DNA of 64,000 bases from an uncultured candidate division Zixibacteria bacterium (lineage in GTDB: Bacteria; Zixibacteria; MSB-5A5; GN15; FEB-12), in NCBI GenBank assembly GCA_963664195.1, contig OY760907.1:3680001-3744000 (forward strand). The letters run 5' to 3'. Position 1 is the stretch's first letter; every line of letters begins with the position of its first letter. A program made the translations under genes and the position numbers. Of this stretch, positions 49,948 to 60,244 are shown piece by piece. A model generated the notes under the pieces. It saw nothing but the letters and a program-made list of their open reading frames with translations. It made no database searches and had not been told where the DNA came from.

Positions 49948-50232
49948 TCAGATAGACAGTTTTGTGATCATGTTTTTGAACTCATTAGACGGCTTAAACA
50001 CCGGAACCTTCCGATCCGGCACCGGGACGACCTCTCCTGTGCGAGGGTTCCGTGCTTTACGGGCCTTGCGCAGTTTGATCTTGAAGGTGCCAAATCCGCG
50101 GATTTCAATGTTGTGACCGCCTTCGACCGATTTTTTCACGGTGTCGAGAAACGAGTCAACGACCACTGCGACATCGGTGCGGGTGAGCCCTGTCTTTTCG
50201 GCTACTTTTTCGACCAAATCGGCTTTAGTCAC
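49948..50232 (-). CDS. HU/IHF family DNA-binding protein
   Basis: (M)TKADLVEKVA, IEIRGFGTF, RKARNPRTGE, PVFKPS; GTG start after GGAGG. Confidence 0.93.
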   Translation of the reverse strand: MTKADLVEKVAEKTGLTRTDVAVVVDSFLDTVKKSVEGGHNIEIRGFGTFKIKLRKARKARNPRTGEVVPVPDRKVPVFKPSNEFKNMITKLSI

Positions 50233-50429
50233 CTCATCCTCCCTCAACAAGACTATCTACAACAACAATTCTCATCATTTCCAGTTTCGTTTTCGTATCA
50301 AAAGGGAATCAGCAATTCGGTACCATTCTGCCGATAAGCCCTTGGGACAGCAGAAGATAATAAAATTTGCCCCCAAGAAAAGGAAAATCTTCGTTTCAAG
50401 CAGAGTTTTTTTGAGTACTCAAACCAGGC

Positions 50430-51332
50430 TTACCGGTACAGGAACATCAATCGAGGCCCTGAAACCGAGTTCTCCACCTTCTCTCCCAGCCCCCCGACGG
50501 CAGTGCTGATCATGTCCATCAAGGAGTATTGCTCTCGTTTTCGGGGCCTGACTACGCTCGGTTCATTCCCCATATCAGCCAGTTCAGCAGCCAGAAGCAC
50601 CGCTTCGTTCAACCCCCCGAGCGTATCCACCAGACCAAGGTTATAAGCCTGTAAACCGGTGAATATAGAGCCGTCGGCAAACGGGTAGACTTCTTCCTTT
50701 TCCATACTGCGACCTTCGGCAACCACTCCGACAAACTGCTCGTAGGTGTCCATTACCACCGAGCGAAGCATCAGTTCTTCTTTCTCAGTCATATCCCGAC
50801 TAAAAGAGCCGACGTCCTTGAGATCACCGGATTTGATTGTCTCGGTCGATATACCCCACTTCTCCATCAGGTCCTTGAACGTGTGGAAGGAGAAGATCAC
50901 GCCAATGGAGCCGGTCAACGTACCGGGATTGGCGACAACTTTGTCCGCGGCACAGGAGATATAATATCCGCCCGAGGCGGCCACACCAGCCATGGACACA
51001 ACTACCGGTTTGTCCTCCCGGACCCGAAGGATAGCGTCATAAATCTCCTGAGAAATCGCAACCTCTCCCCCCGGGGAATTGACGTGGATGACAATCGCCC
51101 GGACTGAATGATTGTCCCGCCAATGATCAAGCTGGTCAATCACCGGCCGTCCGGAGGCTTCGGTCATCACACCGAACATCTCCACGACGCCAACAGCGTC
51201 GCCAAAACCGGAGAAAGACATCTCGCCGTCCCCCGAGTAGAGGCCGATCATCATCAGACCAAAGAACCCCACTACGAGGACAAAGGATGCGACGATAACC
51301 ACCGCCACAATCACATCACGTTTTTTTGCCAT
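50430..51332 (-). CDS. sppA: Signal peptide peptidase SppA (36K type)
   Basis: NSPGG, KPVVVSM..VAASGGYYIS, TGSIGV, KSGDLKD, GLVDTLG. Confidence 0.93.
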   Translation of the reverse strand: MAKKRDVIVAVVIVASFVLVVGFFGLMMIGLYSGDGEMSFSGFGDAVGVVEMFGVMTEASGRPVIDQLDHWRDNHSVRAIVIHVNSPGGEVAISQEIYDAILRVREDKPVVVSMAGVAASGGYYISCAADKVVANPGTLTGSIGVIFSFHTFKDLMEKWGISTETIKSGDLKDVGSFSRDMTEKEELMLRSVVMDTYEQFVGVVAEGRSMEKEEVYPFADGSIFTGLQAYNLGLVDTLGGLNEAVLLAAELADMGNEPSVVRPRKREQYSLMDMISTAVGGLGEKVENSVSGPRLMFLYR

Positions 51333-51344
51333 GAGCGTATTCCG

Positions 51345-53678
51345 TTACTTCACGTAAATCTTGAGATTGTGCCCAACACCGATCATATCCGGGTCCGTCA
51401 AGTGATTGGAGGCCAGGATCTTGGAGATTGATGTACGATACTTTTTCGCTATCCGACTAAGTGATTCACCGCGGCGTACCTTGTGGATGATGTAATCCTT
51501 GCCGCCGGTGCCACTCACCGTGAGCATCTGTCCCGGGTATATACGAGACGAACGCCCCATTCCGTTAAGAGAACGAAGCTTGGAGGTCGAGGTCCCGTGC
51601 TGTCGGGCGATCTCCCACAGCGTGTCGCCGGAGCGGACTTTGTACTTCCTGGCATCAGTACTGGCAGACACGCCAGACTTGCCTGAACTGCCTGAGTTAT
51701 TCTTGCCGCCGCTGTCTTTGGAGGCATACACCTTACCGGCGGCAGGCTTACTGTTCTTCTTCAGATTCTTTGCGCTTGACGGAATCTTCAGCTTCTGACC
51801 GACATAAATCCTCGAGCCGCGCTCTATGTAGTTGATACGACGAAGCCCATCGACCGAAGTCCCAAACCCATTGGCGATATCCCAGAGATTGTCTCCAGCT
51901 CGCACCGTGTAGACGGTGCCCTCGGCGGAGTAGCTGGCTTTTTTGGTGCGCGAGCTGCCCGTTCCGCTTCGATCCAGCGGCACCGGCACAATGAGCTTCT
52001 TGCCGGCATAAATGCGGGAACGACGGCTGAGATTATTCGCCTCGAGAACTGCATACTGCGATACACCGTACTTGGCCGCAATAGTGCTCACCGTCTCGCC
52101 TCGGCTGATCTTATGCTGAACCCAGCTTGTTTCTTTCGGCGACGGCATATCATCATAGGCCGCGAGGAACTCGGCTTTCTTACCTCTCGGAACCTTCAGC
52201 GTGTACTTCTTGTAGTTGGGTGGCGTGTAGTTGCGCAGCAGCTCGGGATTCAGGTCCTTCAGCGTACTGAGCTTGCAACCGAGTTCCTTGGCGACTACTT
52301 TCAGGTCTACACAACGATCGACAACCACTTCATCCCAGACGATCTCGTCCTCAAACTCGATGTCAGTGAATCCGTAGCGTTCGGGATCTTTGGCGATGAT
52401 CGCAGCAGCATAAATAAGCGGCACGTAGTCCATAGTCTGCCGTTTGAGTTTCATCTTCCAGAAATCAATCGTTCCCTGTTTCTTGATTGTCCTTCTGACT
52501 CGTCCCGGCCCGCCGTTGTAGGCAGCCATAGCCAGTTCCCAATCACCGAACTGCTCGTACAGATCTTTCAAAAATCGGGAGGCGGCCTCGGTTGATTTAA
52601 CCGGGTCGCGGCGCTCGTCGATCCACCAGTTACGTTTCAACCCGTACAGACGCCCGGTCGAGGAAATAAACTGCCACAGACCTGAGGCTCTCGCCCAGGA
52701 ATATGCTTGCGGGTTGTAACCGGATTCGACCAGTGACAGGTATATCAAGTCTTCCGGAAGCCCGTGCTTGTTCAACGTGTTTACGAACATGCTGCGGTAT
52801 CGCTGAGATCTGACCAGGTACTTCCGGAAGGCGCTCTTGGCGACCGTCTGGAAGTAGATGATCGAGCTTTTCACGCGGTCGTTCATCTTGACCGGCAGAT
52901 CGTACGTTATCTCTTGCGTTTCCTGCTTAAAGACAACCAGAGAATCTGCACCGAGACGCTGCTCCAAGTCACCAAAACGTTCGATCATCACTGACGGCGT
53001 TGCGTCACCCTCGAGCTGGCCGAGCGAACGAAGCGTCACGCGGTAATCCGAAATTACGTTGGACAACAGCGTTGCGTATTTCACTGCTTCAGGAGTCAAC
53101 ACCGAATCTGACTCGATATCGAGACTCGCAAGGATTTTTATGCTCTTTTCAAAATGGTACTGCGCTTCTTCCCAGCTTGCATCCCTGTTGGCTACTACTC
53201 CCATCGAGTAGTACTCCTGCGCAAGGTCAAACTGCCGCCAGATGGCGTCATCGACAGCCGAGGCGGAGTCTTCGTTATCCACTTGACCGTAATACAGCTC
53301 CAGCTCATCGGAGTCCCCGGAGTACAGATGCCTGGGACTGCCACCGGTTTCACCGGCAGATTCGAGCGTTGACGATTGCTTTTCTGGTTCAATTGAAGGA
53401 ATTGACTTGGCCTCAGACTCGGCTTCACCCGTCTTCTGGGCTTTCCTGCCCTTGTCTGACTTGTTAGAACTGTAGGCCAAAATAGGGGACGAATCCGGTT
53501 CATCCGAAACATCAGATGTAGTCGTATCCGCCGTGGAAGCCACAGCTGACCGTTCCTGACCAGCTAACCCGTTGACGACCGGTCCGTTACAGCCAGATGT
53601 ACTCATGGAGACCGTGAGGGCAAGGATTGCCGCAAAGAGAATCATGATATTTCGAGGAGTGTTGTTGTGGTCAGGCAT
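51345..53678 (-). CDS. mltD: MltD-like lytic transglycosylase with four LysM domains
   Basis: SLVESGY, ASGLWQFISSTG, AAYNGGPG; four LysM repeats (GETVSTIA, GDNLWDIA, GDTLWEIA, GESLSRIA). Confidence 0.9.
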   Translation of the reverse strand: MPDHNNTPRNIMILFAAILALTVSMSTSGCNGPVVNGLAGQERSAVASTADTTTSDVSDEPDSSPILAYSSNKSDKGRKAQKTGEAESEAKSIPSIEPEKQSSTLESAGETGGSPRHLYSGDSDELELYYGQVDNEDSASAVDDAIWRQFDLAQEYYSMGVVANRDASWEEAQYHFEKSIKILASLDIESDSVLTPEAVKYATLLSNVISDYRVTLRSLGQLEGDATPSVMIERFGDLEQRLGADSLVVFKQETQEITYDLPVKMNDRVKSSIIYFQTVAKSAFRKYLVRSQRYRSMFVNTLNKHGLPEDLIYLSLVESGYNPQAYSWARASGLWQFISSTGRLYGLKRNWWIDERRDPVKSTEAASRFLKDLYEQFGDWELAMAAYNGGPGRVRRTIKKQGTIDFWKMKLKRQTMDYVPLIYAAAIIAKDPERYGFTDIEFEDEIVWDEVVVDRCVDLKVVAKELGCKLSTLKDLNPELLRNYTPPNYKKYTLKVPRGKKAEFLAAYDDMPSPKETSWVQHKISRGETVSTIAAKYGVSQYAVLEANNLSRRSRIYAGKKLIVPVPLDRSGTGSSRTKKASYSAEGTVYTVRAGDNLWDIANGFGTSVDGLRRINYIERGSRIYVGQKLKIPSSAKNLKKNSKPAAGKVYASKDSGGKNNSGSSGKSGVSASTDARKYKVRSGDTLWEIARQHGTSTSKLRSLNGMGRSSRIYPGQMLTVSGTGGKDYIIHKVRRGESLSRIAKKYRTSISKILASNHLTDPDMIGVGHNLKIYVK

Positions 53679-53719
53679 CCATTCCTTCCGTTTCTTGAGA
53701 ATCTGAGTCTTCCCTTACA

Positions 53720-53747
53720 CTATCGGTCCGGTCCACGGGTTCCTTTA
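53720..53747 (-). promoter_or_regulatory. sigma28-like promoter
   Basis: Minus strand TAAA-N16-ACCGATAG upstream of mltD. Confidence 0.45.
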
Positions 53748-53825
53748 GGCTTCTCGGTCTAAGTCATTGCCATATAACAAATAGTAAAAGCTAGTGTCAA
53801 GCTTTTACAGGCTCAGTTGCCTGGA

Positions 53826-54752
53826 TTACTCTCTTCCGGTCCAAAGTCGCTCCACAGCTTTCTGCACCTCGTTTGAGTCCTCACAAAACAGACATCGAAC
53901 TCGATTTCGGAACCAAGTCATCTGGCGCTTTGCATAACGACGGGAGTTCTGCTTGATCATTGCCACCGCCTCATCCAGAGGGCATCGATCCTCAAGGAAA
54001 TCCAAAAGCTCCTCGTATCCGATTACATTCGCAATTCTAATCGCGTCCCCCAGCCCTCGTTTGATCAGTTCCTCAATCTCATCCAGTAGTCCGTCTCGCA
54101 TCATTTCATCTACGCGCGCGTCAATTCGGGCGTACAACACGTCCCGCGGCGGGGACAGACAGACGTACGCATAGCGATACCTGCTTTTTTTGTACGCATC
54201 AGAGGCGGCCAGGTCCGATTTTCTTTTGCCGGTCAACTCGAAAATCTCAAGCGCACGAATCACTCGGACCTTGTTGTTGGGATGTATGCGCTCTGCCTCT
54301 GCCGGGTCAATCTCCTTCAGGCGCAGGTGCATCTGCTCCGGGCCAAGCTCTGCCATCTCCTCTTGCAGTCGAGTGCGGACCGCCCCGCCGTCGTCTTCCT
54401 CAATCTCCACGACACCGTCAGAGAGAGCGCTGAGATAAAGTCCGGTGCCGCCAACCACTAACGGATGTCGTCCGCGGTCCAGAATCTCCCCCGCTGTCCG
54501 GTCAGCCTCGATAAGAAACTGGTACGCGGTGTATCGCTCGCCCGGTTCAATGGTATCCACAAAATGAAAATCGGCCAGGCTTTGTTCCTCGGCTGTCGGT
54601 TTGGCCGTTCCCAGGTCGAGATACTTGATCATCTGTCTTGAGTCTGCCGAGATAATCTCAAGCGGCCAATCACGGGCAAGACTCAGCGCCGTCCCCGTTT
54701 TGCCGGAGCCGGTCGGACCGCAGATGATGGGAATCGTCGTCGGTTCAGCCAC
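53826..54752 (-). CDS. miaA: tRNA dimethylallyltransferase
   Basis: GPTGSGKT, ISADSRQ, GTAKPT, VGGTGLY, YAKRQMTWF; GTG 54752 overlaps the mutL stop. Confidence 0.95.
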   Translation of the reverse strand: MAEPTTIPIICGPTGSGKTGTALSLARDWPLEIISADSRQMIKYLDLGTAKPTAEEQSLADFHFVDTIEPGERYTAYQFLIEADRTAGEILDRGRHPLVVGGTGLYLSALSDGVVEIEEDDGGAVRTRLQEEMAELGPEQMHLRLKEIDPAEAERIHPNNKVRVIRALEIFELTGKRKSDLAASDAYKKSRYRYAYVCLSPPRDVLYARIDARVDEMMRDGLLDEIEELIKRGLGDAIRIANVIGYEELLDFLEDRCPLDEAVAMIKQNSRRYAKRQMTWFRNRVRCLFCEDSNEVQKAVERLWTGRE

Positions 54753-56619
54753 GTCCGAATTGCCTATCGATATCCGCACGACTGATCTTGACAAAAGTCG
54801 GACGCCCGTGCGGACAAGAATACATGTTTTCACATTTGGTCAACCGCTCGACCAAACCCAGGGCTTCCTGGTCGGTCAAACGGTCGCCGGACATAACAGC
54901 CGAGCGACAGGCAACCGACTGCGCAATCGCCTTCTTGAGATCATAACCGGTCTTCTTGAGCGACCCGATGTCATCAATCACCGCCAGAATAGTCTTCTCG
55001 GGCGATTTCTTGCGTAACACAGCCGGTATAGCCTCAATGCGCACGGTAGTATCCCCGAACAACTCTATTGCAAACCCTGACTTGTTCAAGAGTTCCTGAG
55101 CCTCATCGAAAAGCGACATCTGCTCGGCGTTCAGGTCGACCTGCACCGGAAGCAGAAGATTCTGCGCTACTGCACCCTGATCGTCCATTTTCTGAAGGGT
55201 CTCTTCGAACAGGATACGTTCGTGCGCAGTATGCTGGTCGACTACAAACAACTCCTCGCCCGACTGGAAAAGCAGATACAAATCGCTGAACCGCCCGACA
55301 TATCGCAGAGCCTCGGTTGAAGACGGAGCGTCTACCGCTTGCGGAGTAGCAGCAGTCGGGATGTCGGTCTCGCTGATGATCTCCCCCGTGCTCGTATCAA
55401 CCCGAACCACGTCGGGAGGTGCCGTGTCTGCGGACGCTCCGGGCATGGGAGGCTGGACATTGCGGTACATCTCGCCCAAAAACTCCGTGTTGCCTGCAGC
55501 CCGTTGTCCAATCCCCGGAATCCTATTCGAGTAATCCTGTCTCGCGAAGGGCGCCTGCGGAGCGTGGCCCGAAGGACTAGTACCCATCGGCATCGACGGA
55601 ATTATACCGTCCTGCCGAAGTGTTTCTTTGATCAACCGATGCACCGTGCTGTGAATCTCGCGATCACGCGTCAAACGTACTTCTGTTTTTGCCGGGTGGA
55701 CATTGACATCAATCTCGGCAGGATCAACCGTCAGCAGCAACGCCCCGATCGGGAAGTTCCCGCGCGGCAGCAACTCACCGTAGCCGAGCGCAAAGGCGTG
55801 AGCAATCATCGGCGAATAGATGAACCGCCCGTTGATGAAAATGTACTGGCCGTTGCGATTGCTCTGCACTTGATCCGGAAGGCCGATGAAGCCTTCGAGC
55901 GCAACCGGGCCGACCTCGCCGCTCACAGCGATGAATTTCTTGCCCGGAGCAAGCAACGCTTGTACTCGTTCTCCCAACCCCAGACCCGGCGGCTGCGAGA
56001 AGACCTTGCGGCCGTTTAATTGATAGGTGAAGCCGACCTCGTATCGCCCCATCGCCAGAGCCATTGCAGTTCGCGAAATGTGCCGGGCTTCAGTTGTCTC
56101 CGCCTTGAGAAATTTGCGCCGCGCTGGCGTATTGAAAAACAGATCGCCGACCTCTATGGTTGTCCCCTTCGGAGCCGCGACGGGCTTTTTGGACTGGAGT
56201 ACGCCCCCCTCGAAAATGATTTCTGTGCCACTATCCGACTCAGCGGTGCGTGACACCATGCGCATACGTGAGACAGAGGCTATCGATGGGAGTGCTTCCC
56301 CCCTGAACCCGTAGGACAGTATTCTGTCCAGGTCGTTGAACTCGGCAATCTTCGAAGTCGCATGGCGCGAGAACGCAATCTCGATCTGATCCTCGCCAAT
56401 CCCGCAGCCGTTGTCGACAATCTTGATCAGCTTGCCACCAGATTTCTCGATCAGGATTTCGATACGATCTGCGCCGGAATCCAGCGAGTTTTCCACCAGC
56501 TCTTTCACCACCGAGGCCGGACGCTCTACCACCTCACCGGCGGCGATTTTGTTAATGAGCCTTTCCGGGAGCGGCCTGATCCAGGGCTGATTCTTGTCTC
56601 TATTTTCTGCGGCTGTCAC
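54745..56619 (-). CDS. mutL: DNA mismatch repair endonuclease MutL
   Basis: IAAGEVVERPASVVKELVENSLD, GFRGEAL, DQHTAHER, ACR, CPHGRP. Confidence 0.98.
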   Translation of the reverse strand: MTAAENRDKNQPWIRPLPERLINKIAAGEVVERPASVVKELVENSLDSGADRIEILIEKSGGKLIKIVDNGCGIGEDQIEIAFSRHATSKIAEFNDLDRILSYGFRGEALPSIASVSRMRMVSRTAESDSGTEIIFEGGVLQSKKPVAAPKGTTIEVGDLFFNTPARRKFLKAETTEARHISRTAMALAMGRYEVGFTYQLNGRKVFSQPPGLGLGERVQALLAPGKKFIAVSGEVGPVALEGFIGLPDQVQSNRNGQYIFINGRFIYSPMIAHAFALGYGELLPRGNFPIGALLLTVDPAEIDVNVHPAKTEVRLTRDREIHSTVHRLIKETLRQDGIIPSMPMGTSPSGHAPQAPFARQDYSNRIPGIGQRAAGNTEFLGEMYRNVQPPMPGASADTAPPDVVRVDTSTGEIISETDIPTAATPQAVDAPSSTEALRYVGRFSDLYLLFQSGEELFVVDQHTAHERILFEETLQKMDDQGAVAQNLLLPVQVDLNAEQMSLFDEAQELLNKSGFAIELFGDTTVRIEAIPAVLRKKSPEKTILAVIDDIGSLKKTGYDLKKAIAQSVACRSAVMSGDRLTDQEALGLVERLTKCENMYSCPHGRPTFVKISRADIDRQFGRG

Positions 56620-59225
56620 TCGAGGTCCCCTTTGAGTTTGCGCAGGAATTCGTGCGCCTGCACGGGCGTCATGTTATCAAGGTCGGTCTCACTGATCAGC
56701 GCTTCGGTCTTTGAAGGTTTTGCCTCGAACAGACTCGTCTGTACTTTTTCCCGGTAAATGCCACGACCAAGTTCCGACTGATTGAACTTACCCGATTCCA
56801 GCAGCCGAAGAATCTGCTTGGCGCGGTTTATCGTCGCTCGCGGAAGTCCGGCAAGCCGGGCAACCTCGATTCCATAGGAGTCGTCGCACCCGCCGGGGAT
56901 GATTTTGTGCAGGAAAACAACCTTGTCCTCCCACTTCTTGACCGCTACCTGGAAGTTACGCACGCGCTCATAGATGTCAGCCATACCGGTCAACTCGTGG
57001 TAATGGGTGGCGAATACGGTCCGGCAGCGACAGTCTTCATTGATACGCTCGACCACCGACCACGCAACAGACATGCCGTCGAAAGTGGAAGTTCCCCGAC
57101 CGACCTCATCGAGGAGCACCAGCGAGCGCTCGGACGCGTTGTTCAGGATGTTCGCCGTCTCGACCATCTCCACAAGGAACGTCGACTGCCCGCCTGCCAG
57201 ATTGTCCAGCGCCCCGACACGAGTGAAGACGCGGTCAACCAGGCCGATTTCAGCCTTGTCAGCCGGTACGAACGAACCGATCTGAGCCATAATGACTATC
57301 AGGCCAATCTGCCGAAGATACGTCGATTTGCCGGACATGTTCGGGCCGGTGAGGATGATAATCTGGTCGCTCTCGGCAGACAGGTCGATGTCGTTCGAGA
57401 CAAACGAACCGGAGGGTAGTACCGATTCGACTACCGGATGTCTCCCCCCGACGATGTTGAGTCGAGTATCCTCGAATATCTCCGGCCGACAGTATCCCTG
57501 CTCCACCGCAAGCTCGGCCAACGATGACACGAGATCGATTTCAGCCAGAAGGTCGGCGGCCAGGAGGACGTCCCCGATGCGGTCGTTGAGCTTCTCCGAA
57601 AGCTGCGCGTACAATTCCAACTCCAACGCGATGATCTTTTCCTCAGCGGCGAAAATCAGCTCTTCCTTCTCTTTCAACTTCGGCGTGACATACCGCTCCG
57701 CATTCACCAGCGTCTGCTTGCGAATGTAATGCTCGGGGACACCCCTGGTGTTGGCGTGCGTGATCTCAAGATAATATCCAAACACTTTGTTGAAGCCAAC
57801 CTTGAGTGTCGCAATCCCCGTTGCCGCCCGTTCGGTTTCCTGAAGCGAGCCGATGTAATCGCGCGCTGATCTGATCGAATCGTTCAAATCGTCCAGACGG
57901 TGCGAGTACCCTCGCTGGAATATCTTGCCCTTGTTAGCCAATAGCGGTGGGTCCTCGACGAGCGCCTTCGAGATCATTTCGATCAAGTCATCAACCGATG
58001 GCAGCGCGTCCGCGATTCGCGTCATGTGGGGACTGTGCGCCTTTGACAACACGTTCTTCAATCGTCGCGAGATGTCCAGAGCGTGTCCCATCGAAGCCAT
58101 CGGTCTCGGGCCAAGTTTGCCAATGCCGAGACGTCCGGCCAGTTTCTCCAGATCGGGAAGGCCTTTGGTTTCCTCGCGAACACCGTAGCAAAGATCACGA
58201 TCCCGCACCAACTCTGCGACACCGGTCAGGCGCAGATCGATTTTTGCTCTAACCGTAAGAGGGCGCATCAACGCCTGCTTGAGACGGCGTGTGCCCGAGG
58301 CGGTCTGACAACGGTCGATCACGGATAGCAGCGTGTGCTGTTCGGTTGATCCGGAAATGCTCCGCACCAATTCGAGGTTGCGCACCGTGGAGTAATCCAG
58401 CGACATAATCTCGTTGTCATCGAGTCGAACCAGGCGATTGATATGCGAGAGTTGCTCACGATGGTTCTCCCGCAGATATCTGAAAATGGCACCCGCAGCG
58501 ATGATCGCTTCACGGCACCCGGCTACCCCGAACCCTTCCAGAGTGCCCGTCTGAAAATGATCGTTTAGTTCCCGTTCGGCGGTACGGAGATCGAAATTCC
58601 AGTCCTCGTAGGCTGTCAGACTGCCATCGCCCCTCATTCCGTTAAACAGGGCCGGAAGTCTCTCGGGACCGGATTCGGCGGCATAGAGAATTTCGGCCGG
58701 TTCCATCACGGCCAGCCTTTCGAGCACTCGATTCGAAGACCCGTGATCGACTAGAAACGATCCCGTGTTGATATCGAGAATCGCCAGCCCGAGCGTTTTG
58801 CCGTTGCTGGTGTACACTGCCGCCAGCGATCCGGTGCGGCCGATCGAGTCCTCTCCGTCGACTGTCGAAGTGCCGGGAGTGAGAATCTCGACTACTTCCC
58901 TCTTGACCAGTCCTTTGGCCGTTTTGGGATCTTCGACTTGCTCAACAATCACGACCTTGAGTCCCGCCGCCATCAGTCGTGCGAGGTAGCGTTCAGCCGA
59001 ATGATGCGGCACCCCGGCCAGCGGAATGCGCTCGTTCTTGCCGTGCGACCGAGAGGTCAGTGCGATGCCGAGAATCGGCGCCGCCTTGACGGCGTCATCG
59101 CCAAACATTTCAAAGAAATCCCCCATTCGGAAGAACAGAATCTTGTCGGGGTGTTCGGCCTTGATAGCATGGAATTGCCGCATGAGCGGAGTGATTTTGT
59201 CGGCGGAGTCGGCCTTTTTGCTCAT
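56616..59225 (-). CDS. mutS: DNA mismatch repair protein MutS
   Basis: TPLMRQF, FRMGDFFEMF, TGPNMSGKSTYLRQ, STFLVEM, DEVGRGTS. Confidence 0.98.
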   Translation of the reverse strand: MSKKADSADKITPLMRQFHAIKAEHPDKILFFRMGDFFEMFGDDAVKAAPILGIALTSRSHGKNERIPLAGVPHHSAERYLARLMAAGLKVVIVEQVEDPKTAKGLVKREVVEILTPGTSTVDGEDSIGRTGSLAAVYTSNGKTLGLAILDINTGSFLVDHGSSNRVLERLAVMEPAEILYAAESGPERLPALFNGMRGDGSLTAYEDWNFDLRTAERELNDHFQTGTLEGFGVAGCREAIIAAGAIFRYLRENHREQLSHINRLVRLDDNEIMSLDYSTVRNLELVRSISGSTEQHTLLSVIDRCQTASGTRRLKQALMRPLTVRAKIDLRLTGVAELVRDRDLCYGVREETKGLPDLEKLAGRLGIGKLGPRPMASMGHALDISRRLKNVLSKAHSPHMTRIADALPSVDDLIEMISKALVEDPPLLANKGKIFQRGYSHRLDDLNDSIRSARDYIGSLQETERAATGIATLKVGFNKVFGYYLEITHANTRGVPEHYIRKQTLVNAERYVTPKLKEKEELIFAAEEKIIALELELYAQLSEKLNDRIGDVLLAADLLAEIDLVSSLAELAVEQGYCRPEIFEDTRLNIVGGRHPVVESVLPSGSFVSNDIDLSAESDQIIILTGPNMSGKSTYLRQIGLIVIMAQIGSFVPADKAEIGLVDRVFTRVGALDNLAGGQSTFLVEMVETANILNNASERSLVLLDEVGRGTSTFDGMSVAWSVVERINEDCRCRTVFATHYHELTGMADIYERVRNFQVAVKKWEDKVVFLHKIIPGGCDDSYGIEVARLAGLPRATINRAKQILRLLESGKFNQSELGRGIYREKVQTSLFEAKPSKTEALISETDLDNMTPVQAHEFLRKLKGDLE

Positions 59226-60217
59226 CGCGTGACAACCTGGAACGGTTCACCGTGCTCGGCTTCGAGTTGTGTCTTGAATCGCGAGGCCTCGGCGAAATCC
59301 TGAAACCTGCCAACGTAGACAACGTGATATGTCTTACCGGAGATCGTTTTCCTCTGAACCTCGGTCTTCTTGCCGTGTCGACGGAAGACGTCCGCCTGGC
59401 GATTGGCATTTGCCTTCTCGATAAAAACGCCCACTTTCACGGAGTAATACGTCCCGGTGAGTTTTTCGGCGGCATCATCGGATGACGTCGAAGAAGACAT
59501 GCTGCCGAGACGGTCGACGATTTCATCAAGCCCGACCGCGTCGGGGTAACCCTCGCGCAGAAGGTTGTAGAAGAAAACGGCGTCATCGGTCCGTTGCTTC
59601 CGGGCGGCATTCATACCGAGCACGTACAGGGCCTGCGGTATACAGTCGCCTCTCTTGGCCCTGGATATCTTACGCAGCGTCTCCAGCGAGCCAATCCCTT
59701 TGCCACTGGCTCCAAATATCCGCGCCTTGTCGACCTGTCCCCATTGCTGATCGGTTTCCGAAGGATTCTGAACAAGAAACCGGTCGCACTGCGTGAGTGC
59801 CGACTCGTAGTTTTGCTGTGATTCATCGAACAGGATTGACAGGCGAAGCATCTCCGCCTCGTACTTGCCGTTCTCCCAGCGTGAACGATAATCAATCAGC
59901 AGTTCGGAGAGCCTCGACCAGTCTTTCGTCAACAGAGAATACTGAGCGAGACGATAGTAGATTTCTTCCTGGAAGCGGACAGAAACCGAGGCGGACAGCG
60001 AGGCTTCCATCAGGCGTGCTGACTGTGCGGCATCCGGTTCAAGCAGACTCAGGTAGAACAACACGTTGCCGTCGCGCGAGGAGGCAGTCGCCACTGATGA
60101 CAACTCTCGGCGAGCCTCATCCAGCTTTCCCTGCGTGATCAGGTTGTAGATATCAGCACTGAAGGCCGTCGTGGAAACGGCCAGGCCAAGTAAGACTGTA
60201 TATATCAGGCGTTTCAT
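59222..60217 (-). CDS. Secreted TPR-like + SPOR domain protein
   Basis: Signal peptide, helical repeats, C-terminal YSVKVGVF...NA...YHVVYVGRF. Confidence 0.8.
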   Translation of the reverse strand: MKRLIYTVLLGLAVSTTAFSADIYNLITQGKLDEARRELSSVATASSRDGNVLFYLSLLEPDAAQSARLMEASLSASVSVRFQEEIYYRLAQYSLLTKDWSRLSELLIDYRSRWENGKYEAEMLRLSILFDESQQNYESALTQCDRFLVQNPSETDQQWGQVDKARIFGASGKGIGSLETLRKISRAKRGDCIPQALYVLGMNAARKQRTDDAVFFYNLLREGYPDAVGLDEIVDRLGSMSSSTSSDDAAEKLTGTYYSVKVGVFIEKANANRQADVFRRHGKKTEVQRKTISGKTYHVVYVGRFQDFAEASRFKTQLEAEHGEPFQVVTR

Positions 60218-60244
60218 CGTGAACGATTCCGGCCCCCTGTTGTC

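Noticed and set aside
50330..50337. Fifth sigma28-like -10 box (GCCGATAA, + strand)
   Set aside because: It points antisense into sppA, and the nearest -35-like TCAG is spaced 17 nt; likely chance.
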